DNA of 64,000 bases from an uncultured Alphaproteobacteria bacterium (GCA_963773115.1 CAVYZZ010000006.1:66508-130507); one strand, 5' to 3'; counted from the stretch's first letter, positions 1 to 9,378 are shown. Made by a program: numbers and translations. Notes: generated from the sequence alone by a model not told the origin.

Positions 1-1336
1 GCCCGGTCAGCGCGGCCCGCAACGGTTGCGCCACCGCGCCCAGTTTCAGGCCGGACCGTTCGGCAAAGGGCCGCACCACCGCCTCGATCGTGGCGGGGGT
101 CCAGTCGGTGACGGTTTCGAGCTCCGGCAACAGCGTGGCGACCAGGGCCTTGGCCTCGTCGGTGAGCAGGCCCTTGGCCTTATCGTCGAGGTCGAGCGGG
201 CGGCTGGCCCAGACAAAGCGCGAGGCGTCGAACAGTTCGACCAAAGTCTTGGCGCGCTCCTTCAGGCCCGGCATGGCCGCGAGCAGGCTGGTGCGCAAGG
301 CCGGCGTCATTTTGGAGGCCAATTCCTGGCCGCTGGCGATGTGCGGCAGCAATTGCTCGAGCGCGTCCAACAGTTCGCTGTCGGTGCTGGCGCGAATGTA
401 ATGGCCGTTGAGGCTTTCCAGCTTGGCGAAATCGAAGCGCGCCGGCGAGCGGCCGATCTGCGGCAGATCGAAAGCCGCGATCATTTCCTCGGTGGTGAAG
501 ATTTCCTGGTCGCCATGGGCCCAGCCCAGCCGTACCAGATAGTTGCGCATCGCCGCCGGCAGATAGCCCATGGCCCGGTAGGCGTCGATGCCGAGAGCGC
601 CGTGACGCTTGGACAGCTTGGAGCCGTCCGGCCCGTGGATCAGCGGGATATGCGCGAAGACCGGCGCCTGCCAGCCGAGCGCCTCGTAGATGTGGGTCTG
701 GCGCGCGGCATTGGTGAGGTGGTCGTCGCCGCGGATGACGTGGGTCACCGCCATGTCGTGGTCGTCCACCACCACCGCCAGCATGTAGGTCGGGTTGCCG
801 TCGGAGCGAAGCAGCACAAGGTCGTCGAGATCGGAATTCTGCCAGGTGACGCGGCCCTGCACCTGGTCCTCGATCACGATCTCGCCGGTCTTCGGCGACT
901 TCAGACGGATCACCGGCTTGACGCCGGCCGGCGCTTCGGCCGGGTCGCGGTTGCGCCAGCGCCCGTCATAGAGCTTGGTGCGGCCCTCGCGGCGGGCGGC
1001 TTCGCGCATGGCGGTGAGTTCTTCGGGCGTTGCGTAACAGCGGTAGGCGCGCCCCGCCGCCAGCAGCTGTTCGGCCACCTGGCGGTGACGCTGCGCGCGC
1101 GAGAATTGGAAAACGATCTCGCCGTCCCAGGTGATGCCCAGCCAGGTCAGCCCGTCGATGATGGCGTTGATGGCGGCGGCGGTGGAGCGCTCGCGGTCGG
1201 TGTCCTCGATTCGCAGCAGCATCTTGCCGCCGTGGTGGCGCGCGTAGAGCCAGTTGAACAGCGCGGTGCGGCCGCCGCCGATATGCAGGAAGCCGGTCGG
1301 AGAGGGTGCAAAACGGGTAATGACGGGCTCGGTCAT
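1..1336 (-). CDS. gltX: glutamyl-tRNA synthetase; C-terminal part lies beyond the window edge
   Basis: Own reverse-strand translation from ATG 1336..1334 gives [52 protein letters not shown], a class I HIGH-type signature and GluRS N-terminus. The frame stays open to position 1, so it is absent from the ORF track. Listed ORF 26..1441(+) is its antisense shadow. Confidence 0.9.
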   Translation of the reverse strand, partial: MTEPVITRFAPSPTGFLHIGGGRTALFNWLYARHHGGKMLLRIEDTDRERSTAAAINAIIDGLTWLGITWDGEIVFQFSRAQRHRQVAEQLLAAGRAYRCYATPEELTAMREAARREGRTKLYDGRWRNRDPAEAPAGVKPVIRLKSPKTGEIVIEDQVQGRVTWQNSDLDDLVLLRSDGNPTYMLAVVVDDHDMAVTHVIRGDDHLTNAARQTHIYEALGWQAPVFAHIPLIHGPDGSKLSKRHGALGIDAYRAMGYLPAAMRNYLVRLGWAHGDQEIFTTEEMIAAFDLPQIGRSPARFDFAKLESLNGHYIRASTDSELLDALEQLLPHIASGQELASKMTPALRTSLLAAMPGLKERAKTLVELFDASRFVWASRPLDLDDKAKGLLTDEAKALVATLLPELETVTDWTPATIEAVVRPFAERSGLKLGAVAQPLRAALTG

Positions 1337-1459
1337 CGCAGCGCCTGTACCACAATTGCAGGCAAAGGTGTCAGCGCGATTGACATTGAGCCGAGCGCCG
1401 CGTCATGGCATAGGCCGCCGTTCGCGGCATCATGGTGTTAGACCCGGGATCGAGGAAGC

Positions 1460-3154
1460 ATGGCGAAGGACGACAAGGCAAGTGGGGAGGCGGTCACGGC
1501 AGAGCCCGGGCGCGACTTTATCCGCGACATCGTCCAGGCAGACCTCGACGCCGGGCGTGTCAAGGAGGTAGTGACCCGTTTCCCGCCCGAGCCGAACGGC
1601 TATCTCCATATCGGCCACGCCAAGTCGATCGGTCTGAATTTCGGCGTCGCCGAGGAGTTCGGCGGTCACTGCAACCTGCGCTTCGACGACACCAACCCGG
1701 CCAAGGAAGAGCAGGAATATATCGACGCCATCGAGCGCGACGTGCGCTGGCTCGGCTTCGACTGGGGCCGGCGCCTCTATCATGCCTCCGACTATTTCGA
1801 GCAGCTTTACGATTGGGCCGAGGACCTGACCCGCGCCGGCAAGGCCTATGTCGACGACCAGACGCAAGACCAAATGCGCGCGAACCGCGGCACGCTCACC
1901 GAGCCCGGCAGGAACAGTCCATTCCGCGACCGCAGCGTGGAGGAAAACCTCGACCTGTTCCGCCGCATGCGCGCCGGCGAGTACGAGAACGGAGCGCGCG
2001 TGCTGCGCGCCAAGATCGACATGGCGTCCGGCAACATCAATCTGCGTGATCCGGTCATGTACCGCATTCTCCACGCGGCGCATCCGCGCACCGGTAGCGC
2101 CTGGACGATCTATCCGAGCTACGACTACGCCCACGGCCAGTCCGACGCCATCGAAGGCATCACCCATTCGGTCTGCACGCTCGAATTCGAGGACCACCGG
2201 CCGCTTTACGACTGGTTCATCGAAAACCTGAAAGTGCCCTCGCGGCCGCGCCAGTACGAGTTCGCGCGGCTCAATCTAACCTACACCGTTTTATCGAAGC
2301 GCGTGCTCACGCTGCTGGTGCGCGACGGCCACATCAAAGGCTGGGACGATCCGCGCATGCCGACATTGGCCGGTTTGCGCCGGCGCGGCGTGCCGCCGGA
2401 GGCGATCCGCGATTTCGTCAAGCGCATCGGCGTGGCCAAGGCCAACAGCGTGGTCGACGTCGGCATGCTCGAATTCTGCGTGCGTGAGGCGCTCAACAGA
2501 ACCGCGCTGCGGCGCATGGCGGTGTTGCGGCCGCTGAAAGTCGTGATCGAGAACTATCCGGAAGGCCAGGTCGAGGAGCTGGACGCGGTCAATCACCCTG
2601 ATGATTCAGCCGCAGGTTCGCGCAAGATCAAATTCGGGCGTGAGCTTTTCATCGAGGCCGAAGATTTCATGGAGGAGCCGCCGAAGAAGTTCTTCCGCCT
2701 TGCGCCCGGTCGCGAGGTGCGCCTGCGTTACGCCTATTTCATCACCTGCCGCGAGGTGAAGAAGAACGCCAAGGGCGAGGTGATCGAACTGGTCTGCACC
2801 TACGACCCGGCCACCAAGGGCGGCAACGCGCCCGACGGCCGCAAGGTGAAGGGAACCATCCACTGGGTGTCGGCCGAATATTCCTTGCCGGCGGAAGTGC
2901 GGCTCTACAATCCGCTGTTCACCAAGCCCGACCCGAATGCAGAAGATTTTGCGGCCGATCTAAATCCAAACTCACTCGAAATCGTTGAGGCGCGCGTCGA
3001 ACCGGCGGTCGTCGCCGGCAACGAAACCGAGGCGGTGCAATTCGAGCGCAATGGCTACTTCTGCCGCGATCCCGACAGCGCGCCCGACAAGCCGGTTTTC
3101 AACCGCACCATTGGCCTGCGCGACACCTGGGCCAAGGAAAAGGCGGCGGGCTAG
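1460..3154 (+). CDS. glnS: glutaminyl-tRNA synthetase
   Basis: 564-aa ORF with [16 protein letters not shown] (HIGH), NLRFDDTNP and LTYTVLSKR (GlnRS-type MSK loop). Divergent from gltX across a 123-nt spacer. Confidence 0.92.
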   Translation: MAKDDKASGEAVTAEPGRDFIRDIVQADLDAGRVKEVVTRFPPEPNGYLHIGHAKSIGLNFGVAEEFGGHCNLRFDDTNPAKEEQEYIDAIERDVRWLGFDWGRRLYHASDYFEQLYDWAEDLTRAGKAYVDDQTQDQMRANRGTLTEPGRNSPFRDRSVEENLDLFRRMRAGEYENGARVLRAKIDMASGNINLRDPVMYRILHAAHPRTGSAWTIYPSYDYAHGQSDAIEGITHSVCTLEFEDHRPLYDWFIENLKVPSRPRQYEFARLNLTYTVLSKRVLTLLVRDGHIKGWDDPRMPTLAGLRRRGVPPEAIRDFVKRIGVAKANSVVDVGMLEFCVREALNRTALRRMAVLRPLKVVIENYPEGQVEELDAVNHPDDSAAGSRKIKFGRELFIEAEDFMEEPPKKFFRLAPGREVRLRYAYFITCREVKKNAKGEVIELVCTYDPATKGGNAPDGRKVKGTIHWVSAEYSLPAEVRLYNPLFTKPDPNAEDFAADLNPNSLEIVEARVEPAVVAGNETEAVQFERNGYFCRDPDSAPDKPVFNRTIGLRDTWAKEKAAG

Positions 3155-3203
3155 GGCGTACTCATAGCCGATAGCTAGCTACTAATATGCAGCAGCGCCC
3201 GCT

Positions 3204-3273
3204 GTCCGCTTCCGGGGGCAAAGAAGACATGACGCCGACATCCCGGGATGTCCGCTAATGACCCATAACGGAC
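3204..3273 (+). repeat. GTCCGC/GCGGAC stem-loop cluster R1 (2 hairpins)
   Basis: GTCCGC-ttccgggggcaaa-GAAGAC (3204-3228) and GTCCGC-taatgacccataa-CGGAC (3250-3273, loop class C), immediately after the glnS stop. Confidence 0.7.
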
Positions 3274-3324
3274 AGTGCGGAGAATGGACGTCGGCTTTTA
3301 AGGCACTGTTTGGCTCTATTATCG

Positions 3325-4227
3325 TCAGCGGGTTCGACGGTGAGCCATTTCGGCGAGGTGCGTGCGAACGAAGGTCTGAAAGAGGTCTGCAGAAGGCGTC
3401 AACTTGGCGTCTCGAACGCGAAGCACTGAAACGACGTTACGAACATTCCATCCCCGAAAGCGGATAGCGGCCAATGATCCCGTTCGCAATTCTGCAGCCA
3501 CAACGTAGCGGCTGATGGCCGCAATTCCATAGCCTCGCTTCAGCGCGTGGACGACCGCCTCATTGGACGGCAATTCAAGCCGATGTCTGGGAACAATGCC
3601 CAACCGCGCCAATCCTGCGTCTGACGAGATCCGCGTCGCCGAGCCGTCCTCTCTAGAAATCCAGGTCACCTTTTCGAAACTGTCGCGCGATGGTCGCCGC
3701 GGTACGAGCGCTGGCTTGCCGACGATCACAATATCATACTCCAGCAGAGGCTCAGTTTCGATCTCCGGTGCCGTGACGGTCCCCGCGACGAAGCCGAGCT
3801 CGGCGTGATGCGACCGAAGCAATTCAACTGCTCGCCAGGCGGTGCCTACCTGCAAGGTGACCCGCACGTCTGGATAGGAATGCTGAAAGTCGGCAATGAT
3901 CTCGGGCAGCAGATATCCGCCAGTAAGCGATGACGCCACCACTGCCACTGAGCCGGAGCCGCTTTTGCGGAATTGGGCGGCGCCGAGGTCTGCTTGCACG
4001 AGGAGTGCCTCGGCCCGAAGCACGTGGTTTGCAACGAAATCGCCCGCCTTCGTGAGCACGCCCTCCCGCCGCGCCCGTTCAACGAGTTTTAGGCCCAATG
4101 CGGTCTCCAACTCGGCGATGTGTTTTGAGACAGCAGGCTGGCTGATGCGCAGCTCCGCGGCGGCCGCCGAGAACGACCGTTGCCGGACAAACGCGGCGAA
4201 GGCGCGCAATCGTGCTTCGAGCTTCAT
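3325..4227 (-). CDS. LysR-family transcriptional regulator
   Basis: 300-aa ORF. N-terminal wHTH MKLEARLRAFAAFVRQRSFSAAAAELRISQPAVSKHIAELETALGLKLVER. Divergent from the MBL gene, the classic LysR arrangement. Confidence 0.9.
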   Translation of the reverse strand: MKLEARLRAFAAFVRQRSFSAAAAELRISQPAVSKHIAELETALGLKLVERARREGVLTKAGDFVANHVLRAEALLVQADLGAAQFRKSGSGSVAVVASSLTGGYLLPEIIADFQHSYPDVRVTLQVGTAWRAVELLRSHHAELGFVAGTVTAPEIETEPLLEYDIVIVGKPALVPRRPSRDSFEKVTWISREDGSATRISSDAGLARLGIVPRHRLELPSNEAVVHALKRGYGIAAISRYVVAAELRTGSLAAIRFRGWNVRNVVSVLRVRDAKLTPSADLFQTFVRTHLAEMAHRRTR

Positions 4228-4314
4228 AATCTGAGGTTATACCGAAACGTCGATTATGTATTTTTTTCTTGATCCCGCGGCCGATATGGTGGGTCGACCA
4301 AACGAGGGTAAACG

Positions 4315-5139
4315 ATGCCTGCATTCATTTGCTCGACCTGCGGCACGCAAAATCCGCCAAGTGAGGCGCCACCAGCCTCGTGCCCCGTGTGCGAAGACGA
4401 ACGCCAGTTCATCCCTCCCGAGGGACAGTCATGGACGACGCTAGAGCGACTCAGGATTTCGCACCACAACGGGTTCCGTCAGTACGAGCCAGGTCTCATC
4501 GGCATCGGCACGACGCCCAAATTTGCCATCGGACAGCGCGCACTGCTTTTGTGTACCCCTGAAGGAAACATCCTCTGGGATTGCATCTCGCTGATCGACG
4601 ACGCCACTGTAACGCTGATCAACGGGCTTGGCGGATTGCGTGCCATCGCCATTTCGCATCCGCACTTCTACACGACGCTTGTCGATTGGAGCCGGGCCTT
4701 CGGGAACGTGCCGGTCCATCTGCACGCCGACGATGCCAAGTGGGTGAGGCAGCCCGACCACTGCATCAAGTTCTGGCAAGGCGAGAGATTCGAACTGTTT
4801 AAAGGTATCACTCTGGTCCGCGGCGGCGGGCACTTCCCCGGCGGAGCGATGTTGTATTGGGCGGCAGGGGCCGGGGGTAAAGGCGTGGTGTGCTCGGCGG
4901 ACATGGCCATCGCCAACCTCGACCGTAAGTCCTTCTCGTTCATGCGCAGCATTCCGAACTTTATCCCGCTATCCGAAAAGGCTGTCCGTGCTGTCGGTGC
5001 GGCACTGATGCCTCTCGCTTTCGATCGGGTCTACAGCCACCACTTCGAGCGGGTGATCCATTCGGGCGCCAAGGAGATATTGCGGAGCTCCGTGGAACGC
5101 TACGTTGCGGCTATCACGGGCGTCTATGATCGTTCATGA
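4315..5139 (+). CDS. MBL-fold metallo-hydrolase with N-terminal CxxC...CxxC zinc-ribbon-like motif
   Basis: 274-aa ORF. N-terminus CSTCGTQNPPSEAPPASCPVCEDERQ, then AISHPHFYTT in the position of the MBL His motif and HLHADD further on. Function beyond the fold is unknown. Confidence 0.75.
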   Translation: MPAFICSTCGTQNPPSEAPPASCPVCEDERQFIPPEGQSWTTLERLRISHHNGFRQYEPGLIGIGTTPKFAIGQRALLLCTPEGNILWDCISLIDDATVTLINGLGGLRAIAISHPHFYTTLVDWSRAFGNVPVHLHADDAKWVRQPDHCIKFWQGERFELFKGITLVRGGGHFPGGAMLYWAAGAGGKGVVCSADMAIANLDRKSFSFMRSIPNFIPLSEKAVRAVGAALMPLAFDRVYSHHFERVIHSGAKEILRSSVERYVAAITGVYDRS

Positions 5140-5383
5140 GGTCAAGAAGTCCAGCACGCACAAGAAGCGCGAGCGGTCGCTACGCTCCGGCCTAAGTACA
5201 ACATGGCACCGCTCATAGCAGATACAGCATGAGAGACATTGTGACTGCGATCAGACACAACCGGACAGTGGTGTGCGGCAAAATCTTAACGGGCCTGCAG
5301 GAGGTTCCATCGCCGCATTTGCTGTGCTTCAAGCTATCTTGGGGAATGTGCAGCCCCGTGCCCATCTAAGCGATCGATGCGAT

Positions 5384-5505
5384 GTCCGTTTCTGGCACAT
5401 AGCAGACACCCCAGTTGCGCCCGCGTTTGTCCGCTATTGGAGCAACAGCGGACATTGATCGGCACTGGTGCCGGATGGCTCGGTCGCTAATGACCCAGAG
5501 CGGAC
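5384..5505 (+). repeat. tripartite stem-loop module R2 (hairpins A-B-C)
   Basis: A: GTCCGT-ttctggcacata-GCAGAC (5384-5407). B: GTCCGC-tattggagcaaca-GCGGAC (5429-5453). C: GTCGC-taatgacccaga-GCGGAC (5483-5505). Track ORFs 5273..5458 and 5415..5609 are translations of this repeat. Confidence 0.8.
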
Positions 5506-5626
5506 TGGCCGCGATCCCAGACGGATCAGAAACCTTCTTGCGCCAGCCTTTCCTTACTAACCTAGGAGGCCTCTTTCGCTTCGGTGGCGGCGCACCGTCC
5601 CCACTATGATCCGAGACCTTGTCCGG

Positions 5627-5974
5627 TCACTGGGAGGAAATAGCGCTGAAGAGGGCCACCTCGTTTGTACATTGATGATACGAGGATGGGTTTACGCGAA
5701 CCCCTTTCGGTACCACTTTAATCCTAAGATATGCTTTGTTGTTGCTGGAATAGCGGTCGGAGAAACTTTTCGGAGTGTCGACTTCACAGGTCACCGTGTG
5801 CAGTCCTAACTTGTTGCCCGTAAAGCCGAGACCCCAGCCATTTTGGATGTATTGGGCGCCTTGCATCGAATTAGGGTAGTGCGTCGTTGATGATCCTCCA
5901 CACGAGTTCCAGAAATCGGGAAAGCATAAGGTGCTTAGGCCCGTCTGCTGCGTGCATGTTCCGAGCGCCGCAAT
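5627..5974 (-). pseudogene. possible 3' portion of the upstream secreted-protein gene, displaced by a frameshift
   Basis: The frame of track ORF 5627..5866 is open upstream to 5974 and overlaps the last ~37 nt of ORF 5935..6345. One indel within 5938-5974 would fuse them into about 239 codons. Trp/Gly/Asn-rich sequence with several Cys, no recognised family. Confidence 0.3.
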
Positions 5975-6345
5975 TCATAGGGTACCGTGCCAGTGAAAGG
6001 GAAGATCTTGGCGCCGCCGTATGTGAAGAAACCGGGCCACGTATTGTGCCACGGAGTTCGCATGATCCAACAGGTGTCCGAATTTACGATATTTATGGAC
6101 CACCTGCAGTATAGTCCGATCGTCTCACCTTCCCGCAACAGGACTGTTTTGTGGTCGGCGAGGCATCTCAAGGCATGCGGCGCGGGCTGCGTTTGGTCCC
6201 AGCTCCAACTGGGATACACTTGTCCAACGGGGTTCAGGCTTAGGGCCTTGATGTCTAGAAGGTCCTTTCCTGCGGCGGGGTGATCCAGAAGGGTTGCAGC
6301 TAATAGCAGTGGGAGAATATGAAATAACGCCTTGCGCGTTTTCAT
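5935..6345 (-). CDS. hypothetical secreted protein
   Basis: 136-aa ORF. Signal-peptide-like MKTRKALFHILPLLLAATLLDHPAAG. AGGAG Shine-Dalgarno upstream of the ATG (reverse complement of 6346-6360). Low-GC island context. Confidence 0.55.
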   Translation of the reverse strand: MKTRKALFHILPLLLAATLLDHPAAGKDLLDIKALSLNPVGQVYPSWSWDQTQPAPHALRCLADHKTVLLREGETIGLYCRWSINIVNSDTCWIMRTPWHNTWPGFFTYGGAKIFPFTGTVPYELRRSEHARSRRA

Positions 6346-6460
6346 GGTTGGCTCCTAGTGCGGCCCCCCAATTTTTCTTTGTATCGCCTATCTACCGCTG
6401 CGTAAATGTGTAGTTGGGGCAACAACGTTGACGTTTTTCGGTTAATCGAGACGTTTGAAT

Positions 6461-6530
6461 GTTTGCTTTTGGCCCAAAGCGGACATGCCAGCCGCGCCAC
6501 CGAATGTCCGCTTCCGGGAATAAGGCGGAC
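6461..6530 (+). repeat. GTCCGC/GCGGAC stem-loop cluster R3 (2 hairpins)
   Basis: GTTTGC-ttttggcccaaa-GCGGAC (6461-6484, decayed left arm) and GTCCGC-ttccgggaataag-GCGGAC (6506-6530). Confidence 0.65.
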
Positions 6531-6704
6531 GTTTCTTCAAGAGTGCACGTCCCCGGACATTGGTTCATTTTTGTATTCGTAGCTTCGCGGGCGGCGCGGG
6601 GCGCATAAGGCCATCGCTTCAAAAATACCTCAACTTTTAAAGAATCCGAAAAATGAATGCTTACGGCATCGCTGATTATGTCACACGGAGTAGGGCTTTC
6701 GAAA

Positions 6705-6975
6705 ATGACCGCTTTCAACCTTACGACCAATAACGAGCAGATCGCCGCTGACCTCAAGGCTACACTTGAGACCAGCGATGCGATGCTCATTTCCACCCTG
6801 AAGGCGTCACTCAATAAACCTGCGCCTGTCGAGCCGGGGCCGCCGAAGACATCCGATCTCGGCGCTCTTAAAATTGGCTTATTCCGAGACCGGCTCCGTA
6901 CCCCTATTGCGAAGACCGATTGACTTGGAAGATGCGACAGGACGCAGAAGAAGGCTGCTGCCATTGCAGTCGCCC
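6705..6975 (+). pseudogene. decayed paralog fragment of the PEP-CTERM protein tail
   Basis: ORF ...PAPVEPGPPKTSDLGALKIGLFRDRLRTPIAKTD stops at 6921-6923 but continues in frame as LGRCDRTQKKAAAIAVA. This loosely parallels ...EGPPPVVPLPGALPLFASGLGALGLLSLRRKRKKAAVAA of 8546..9301. DNA identity is clear from gaagaaggctgc onward and through the shared terminator. No signal peptide. Confidence 0.35.
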
Positions 6976-7002
6976 GACAAGCGGTCCAATCGGATTTCGG
7001 AG

Positions 7003-7027
7003 AGACCGCCGCGAGGCGGTCTTTTTT
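7003..7027 (+). terminator. rho-independent terminator (copy 1 of a duplicated terminator)
   Basis: aGACCGCC-gcga-GGCGGTCt followed by TTTTTT. The block atcggatttcggagagaccgccgcg..ggcggtcttttttg (6989-7028) recurs at 9314-9354. Confidence 0.7.
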
Positions 7028-7048
7028 GCACTCAGTTGATTTGAGAAT

Positions 7049-7176
7049 GTCCGCTATTATCTATGGCACTAAGCGGACAAACGAACTTAGCCGTCGAATG
7101 ATCGCTATTGGACTATGAGCGGACAAAAGTCGGCCCCGGCGCTGGAGGGCTCGGTCGCGAATGACCCATCAGCGAC
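7049..7176 (+). repeat. tripartite stem-loop module R4 (hairpins A-B-C)
   Basis: A: GTCCGC-tattatctatggcactaa-GCGGAC (7049-7078). B: GATCGC-tattggactatga-GCGGAC (7100-7124). C: GTCGC-gaatgacccatca-GCGAC (7154-7176). Confidence 0.8.
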
Positions 7177-7359
7177 ATTAGCATTGCAACGCAACAGTGC
7201 GCTTCACCGCTAGTCAATCGAGCAAGGTCATGGCGATCCGCTCCGCCGGCCACATCCGCCGGATCAACAGGTCGGACACGTGACCGCACCCGACCAATGC
7301 TGCAGCAACGTCAAAAAAGCCCGCCGATGGGCTGGGCGGGGTAGCGAGCCTGCCGTCAT

Positions 7360-7435
7360 GTCCGCCTTTGGACCAAAGCGGACAAAGGTCGCCCCCGGAG
7401 GCCTAATGGCTTGTCCACTGGTGACCCAAGCGGAT
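7360..7435 (+). repeat. GTCCGC/GCGGAC stem-loop cluster R5 (2 hairpins)
   Basis: GTCCGC-ctttggaccaaa-GCGGAC (7360-7383) and GTCCAC-tggtgacccaa-GCGGAT (7413-7435, degenerate C type). Preceded at about 7270-7320 by a ccgaccaatgctgca block that recurs at about 10695-10745. Confidence 0.65.
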
Positions 7436-7539
7436 AGCTTGATCACCGGTCGAAACTGGTTGTCTAGCATTTTCCGTTCGCCGCCCACTTTCAAAGTGCT
7501 AGGCCTTAGCAATTGGACGCGCGCATTCTTAGGGTACGC

Positions 7540-8091
7540 ATGCTGCGGCGCAAATTCATCACACTTCTAAGCGGTGCGACGTTTGTATGGTCGTTCGTAG
7601 CGATAGGTATACTGGCTGCGCAAGCAAGCGAAATTAGATTTCCGAAAACGGGTAAGCACGCATTTCTCCTGACTTTGTTTAAAGGCTGGCAATCAAGGAT
7701 GGACACCCGTGGTGGGCTACTTTTGGTGCCGCCCTCAAGCAATCAACACGCGATGATCTATATTGCCATCGTCATGGACGATAAATATCGTGACCAACCG
7801 GACAGCGTTATTGCCAGCGCCGTCGGGAAAATTGCCGGCATTCAGACTTTCGACAAACAGGAGTCCGCACGGATATCTGATTCGAATGGCACGACGTTTC
7901 ACAAGGGCACGGCATTTTACGGCAAGATGCCCGCAAGTTTCGGTTTTGCGAGAATGGCCAAGCTCATGATTTTCCGACTGGAGCCAAATACGTGGGCGGA
8001 GGTATGGATTGTGGCGCAGCCTGGGTTAAATGCCGCTGAGGCTGACTCGCTCGAGCAAACCCTCAACGGCATCACGCTCACGAGCGAATGA
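7540..8091 (+). CDS. hypothetical secreted protein
   Basis: Track ORF 7513..8091. ATG at 7540 gives MLRRKFITLLSGATFVWSFVAIGILAAQA (signal-peptide-like). No recognised family. Confidence 0.6.
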   Translation: MLRRKFITLLSGATFVWSFVAIGILAAQASEIRFPKTGKHAFLLTLFKGWQSRMDTRGGLLLVPPSSNQHAMIYIAIVMDDKYRDQPDSVIASAVGKIAGIQTFDKQESARISDSNGTTFHKGTAFYGKMPASFGFARMAKLMIFRLEPNTWAEVWIVAQPGLNAAEADSLEQTLNGITLTSE

Positions 8092-8146
8092 AAATATAAA
8101 CGAGAGATCGTTTCGGACCTTATTCGTTTATTTCCTAAACTGTGAT

Positions 8147-8268
8147 GTCCGCACTTGGCACTTAGCGGACAAACCTACCGCGCCAACGTTAGTCCGCTAT
8201 TGGACCAACAGCGGACAAACAGCGCCGTCGCGCCTCAACGGCTAGGCCGCGAATGACCCAAAGCGGGC
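8147..8268 (+). repeat. tripartite stem-loop module R6 (hairpins A-B-C)
   Basis: A: GTCCGC-acttggcactta-GCGGAC (8147-8170). B: GTCCGC-tattggaccaaca-GCGGAC (8192-8216). C: GGCCGC-gaatgacccaaa-GCGGGC (8245-8268). Track ORF 8030..8245 is a translation of it. Confidence 0.8.
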
Positions 8269-8545
8269 ATCCGATTGGCCGTCTCGGTCATAGGCCATGC
8301 TGCCGGGAGGCACTAATCCGCGCCGTAAAAGCGGAAAGCGCCACGTCCGTTCGTGTCCGGGCCGTCTGAGACCCTATCGGCGATAAGCCATTGACCTATA
8401 TTAATAAATTTCGCTTGTGCGCAAAACGGTGTTAAGGCAACAATGACACCAACTTGCTGCATTGCAGAAAATTTGCTCTAATTTGACTGTGGCGTCATGG
8501 GATTTGCGAACTTTATCGCATCCCCAAGATGTTGAGCGTCAAGCA

Positions 8546-9301
8546 ATGAATAAAAAAACATGCAAGGCGTTGATCTCTGCGGGGATCGCGTTTGGTCTTG
8601 GCCTATTGGGTGTCCCGACAGTCAGTTACGCAGCTACTGTGACATACGTTCAGACGACGCAAGGTTGTACTGGCGGTTGCGGCATAAGTGTCAACAACAC
8701 GGTGCAGGTGTCGGATACGGCGTTGCCGACGTCGATTACGCCGTTAGCCGGTGGCGTGTTTGATATTTACGTAACGCTCGATACGAGTACAGCCACGCCT
8801 TGGTCGTTCATGAAAAATGCTGGGGGTAAAACCACAGGCCACGCCGCATCGTTCGCGTTTTCTAGCAGTCTAAACCCACTCACTCTGACCGTCATAACTC
8901 CCGGCAGTAATTTTGCCCCGAATTCAATTAACCCGATGCCCGCATATGCGATGTCGCCGTTTGATTTTCCAGCTAATGGCTATGGGCTGTCTACAGATCA
9001 ACAAAAGGTATACAGCACACTCGATTTTCATGTCGACACGGGGAATAGCTCGCTGACGCTGGCTCAGTTCTTGGCTACCTTACTTGCTTCAACTGACTCA
9101 CCGTATCCAATATTTGCCGCGGACGTGTATAGCGGCATTACAGGCTATACGGGCATTATCGGCTTTACCCAATCCAATAACGAAGGCCCGCCGCCCGTGG
9201 TGCCACTTCCAGGCGCACTTCCGCTGTTCGCCAGCGGCCTCGGCGCGTTAGGGCTGCTCAGCTTGCGCAGGAAGCGGAAGAAGGCTGCAGTCGCGGCCTA
9301 A
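8546..9301 (+). CDS. secreted protein with C-terminal PEP-CTERM-type (VPLPA-like) sorting signal
   Basis: ATG at 8546 gives signal peptide MNKKTCKALISAGIAFGLGLLGVPTVSYA. The C-terminus VVPLPGALPLFASGLGALGLLSLRRKRKK is a VPLP motif plus hydrophobic helix plus basic cluster. A strong terminator follows. Confidence 0.8.
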   Translation: MNKKTCKALISAGIAFGLGLLGVPTVSYAATVTYVQTTQGCTGGCGISVNNTVQVSDTALPTSITPLAGGVFDIYVTLDTSTATPWSFMKNAGGKTTGHAASFAFSSSLNPLTLTVITPGSNFAPNSINPMPAYAMSPFDFPANGYGLSTDQQKVYSTLDFHVDTGNSSLTLAQFLATLLASTDSPYPIFAADVYSGITGYTGIIGFTQSNNEGPPPVVPLPGALPLFASGLGALGLLSLRRKRKKAAVAA

Positions 9302-9327
9302 CCAAAACACCTGATCGGATTTCGGAG

Positions 9328-9353
9328 AGACCGCCGCGTTGGCGGTCTTTTTT
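9328..9353 (+). terminator. rho-independent terminator (copy 2)
   Basis: GACCGCC-gcgtt-GGCGGTC followed by TTTTTT, 27 nt after the stop of 8546..9301. Confidence 0.75.
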
Positions 9354-9378
9354 GTGCCGATCATGTTGCAGTGCATGA

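Noticed and set aside
26-1441. 471-aa plus-strand ORF covering the gltX region
   Set aside because: It is antisense to a clearly recognisable GluRS reading frame. It has a Gly/Arg/Ala-rich low-complexity composition typical of shadow ORFs in high-GC DNA.
1337-1459. TTGACA hexamer (1379-1384) as a shared gltX/glnS promoter element
   Set aside because: No acceptable -10 element at 16-18 nt spacing that I could recognise. A promoter cannot be supported from sequence alone.
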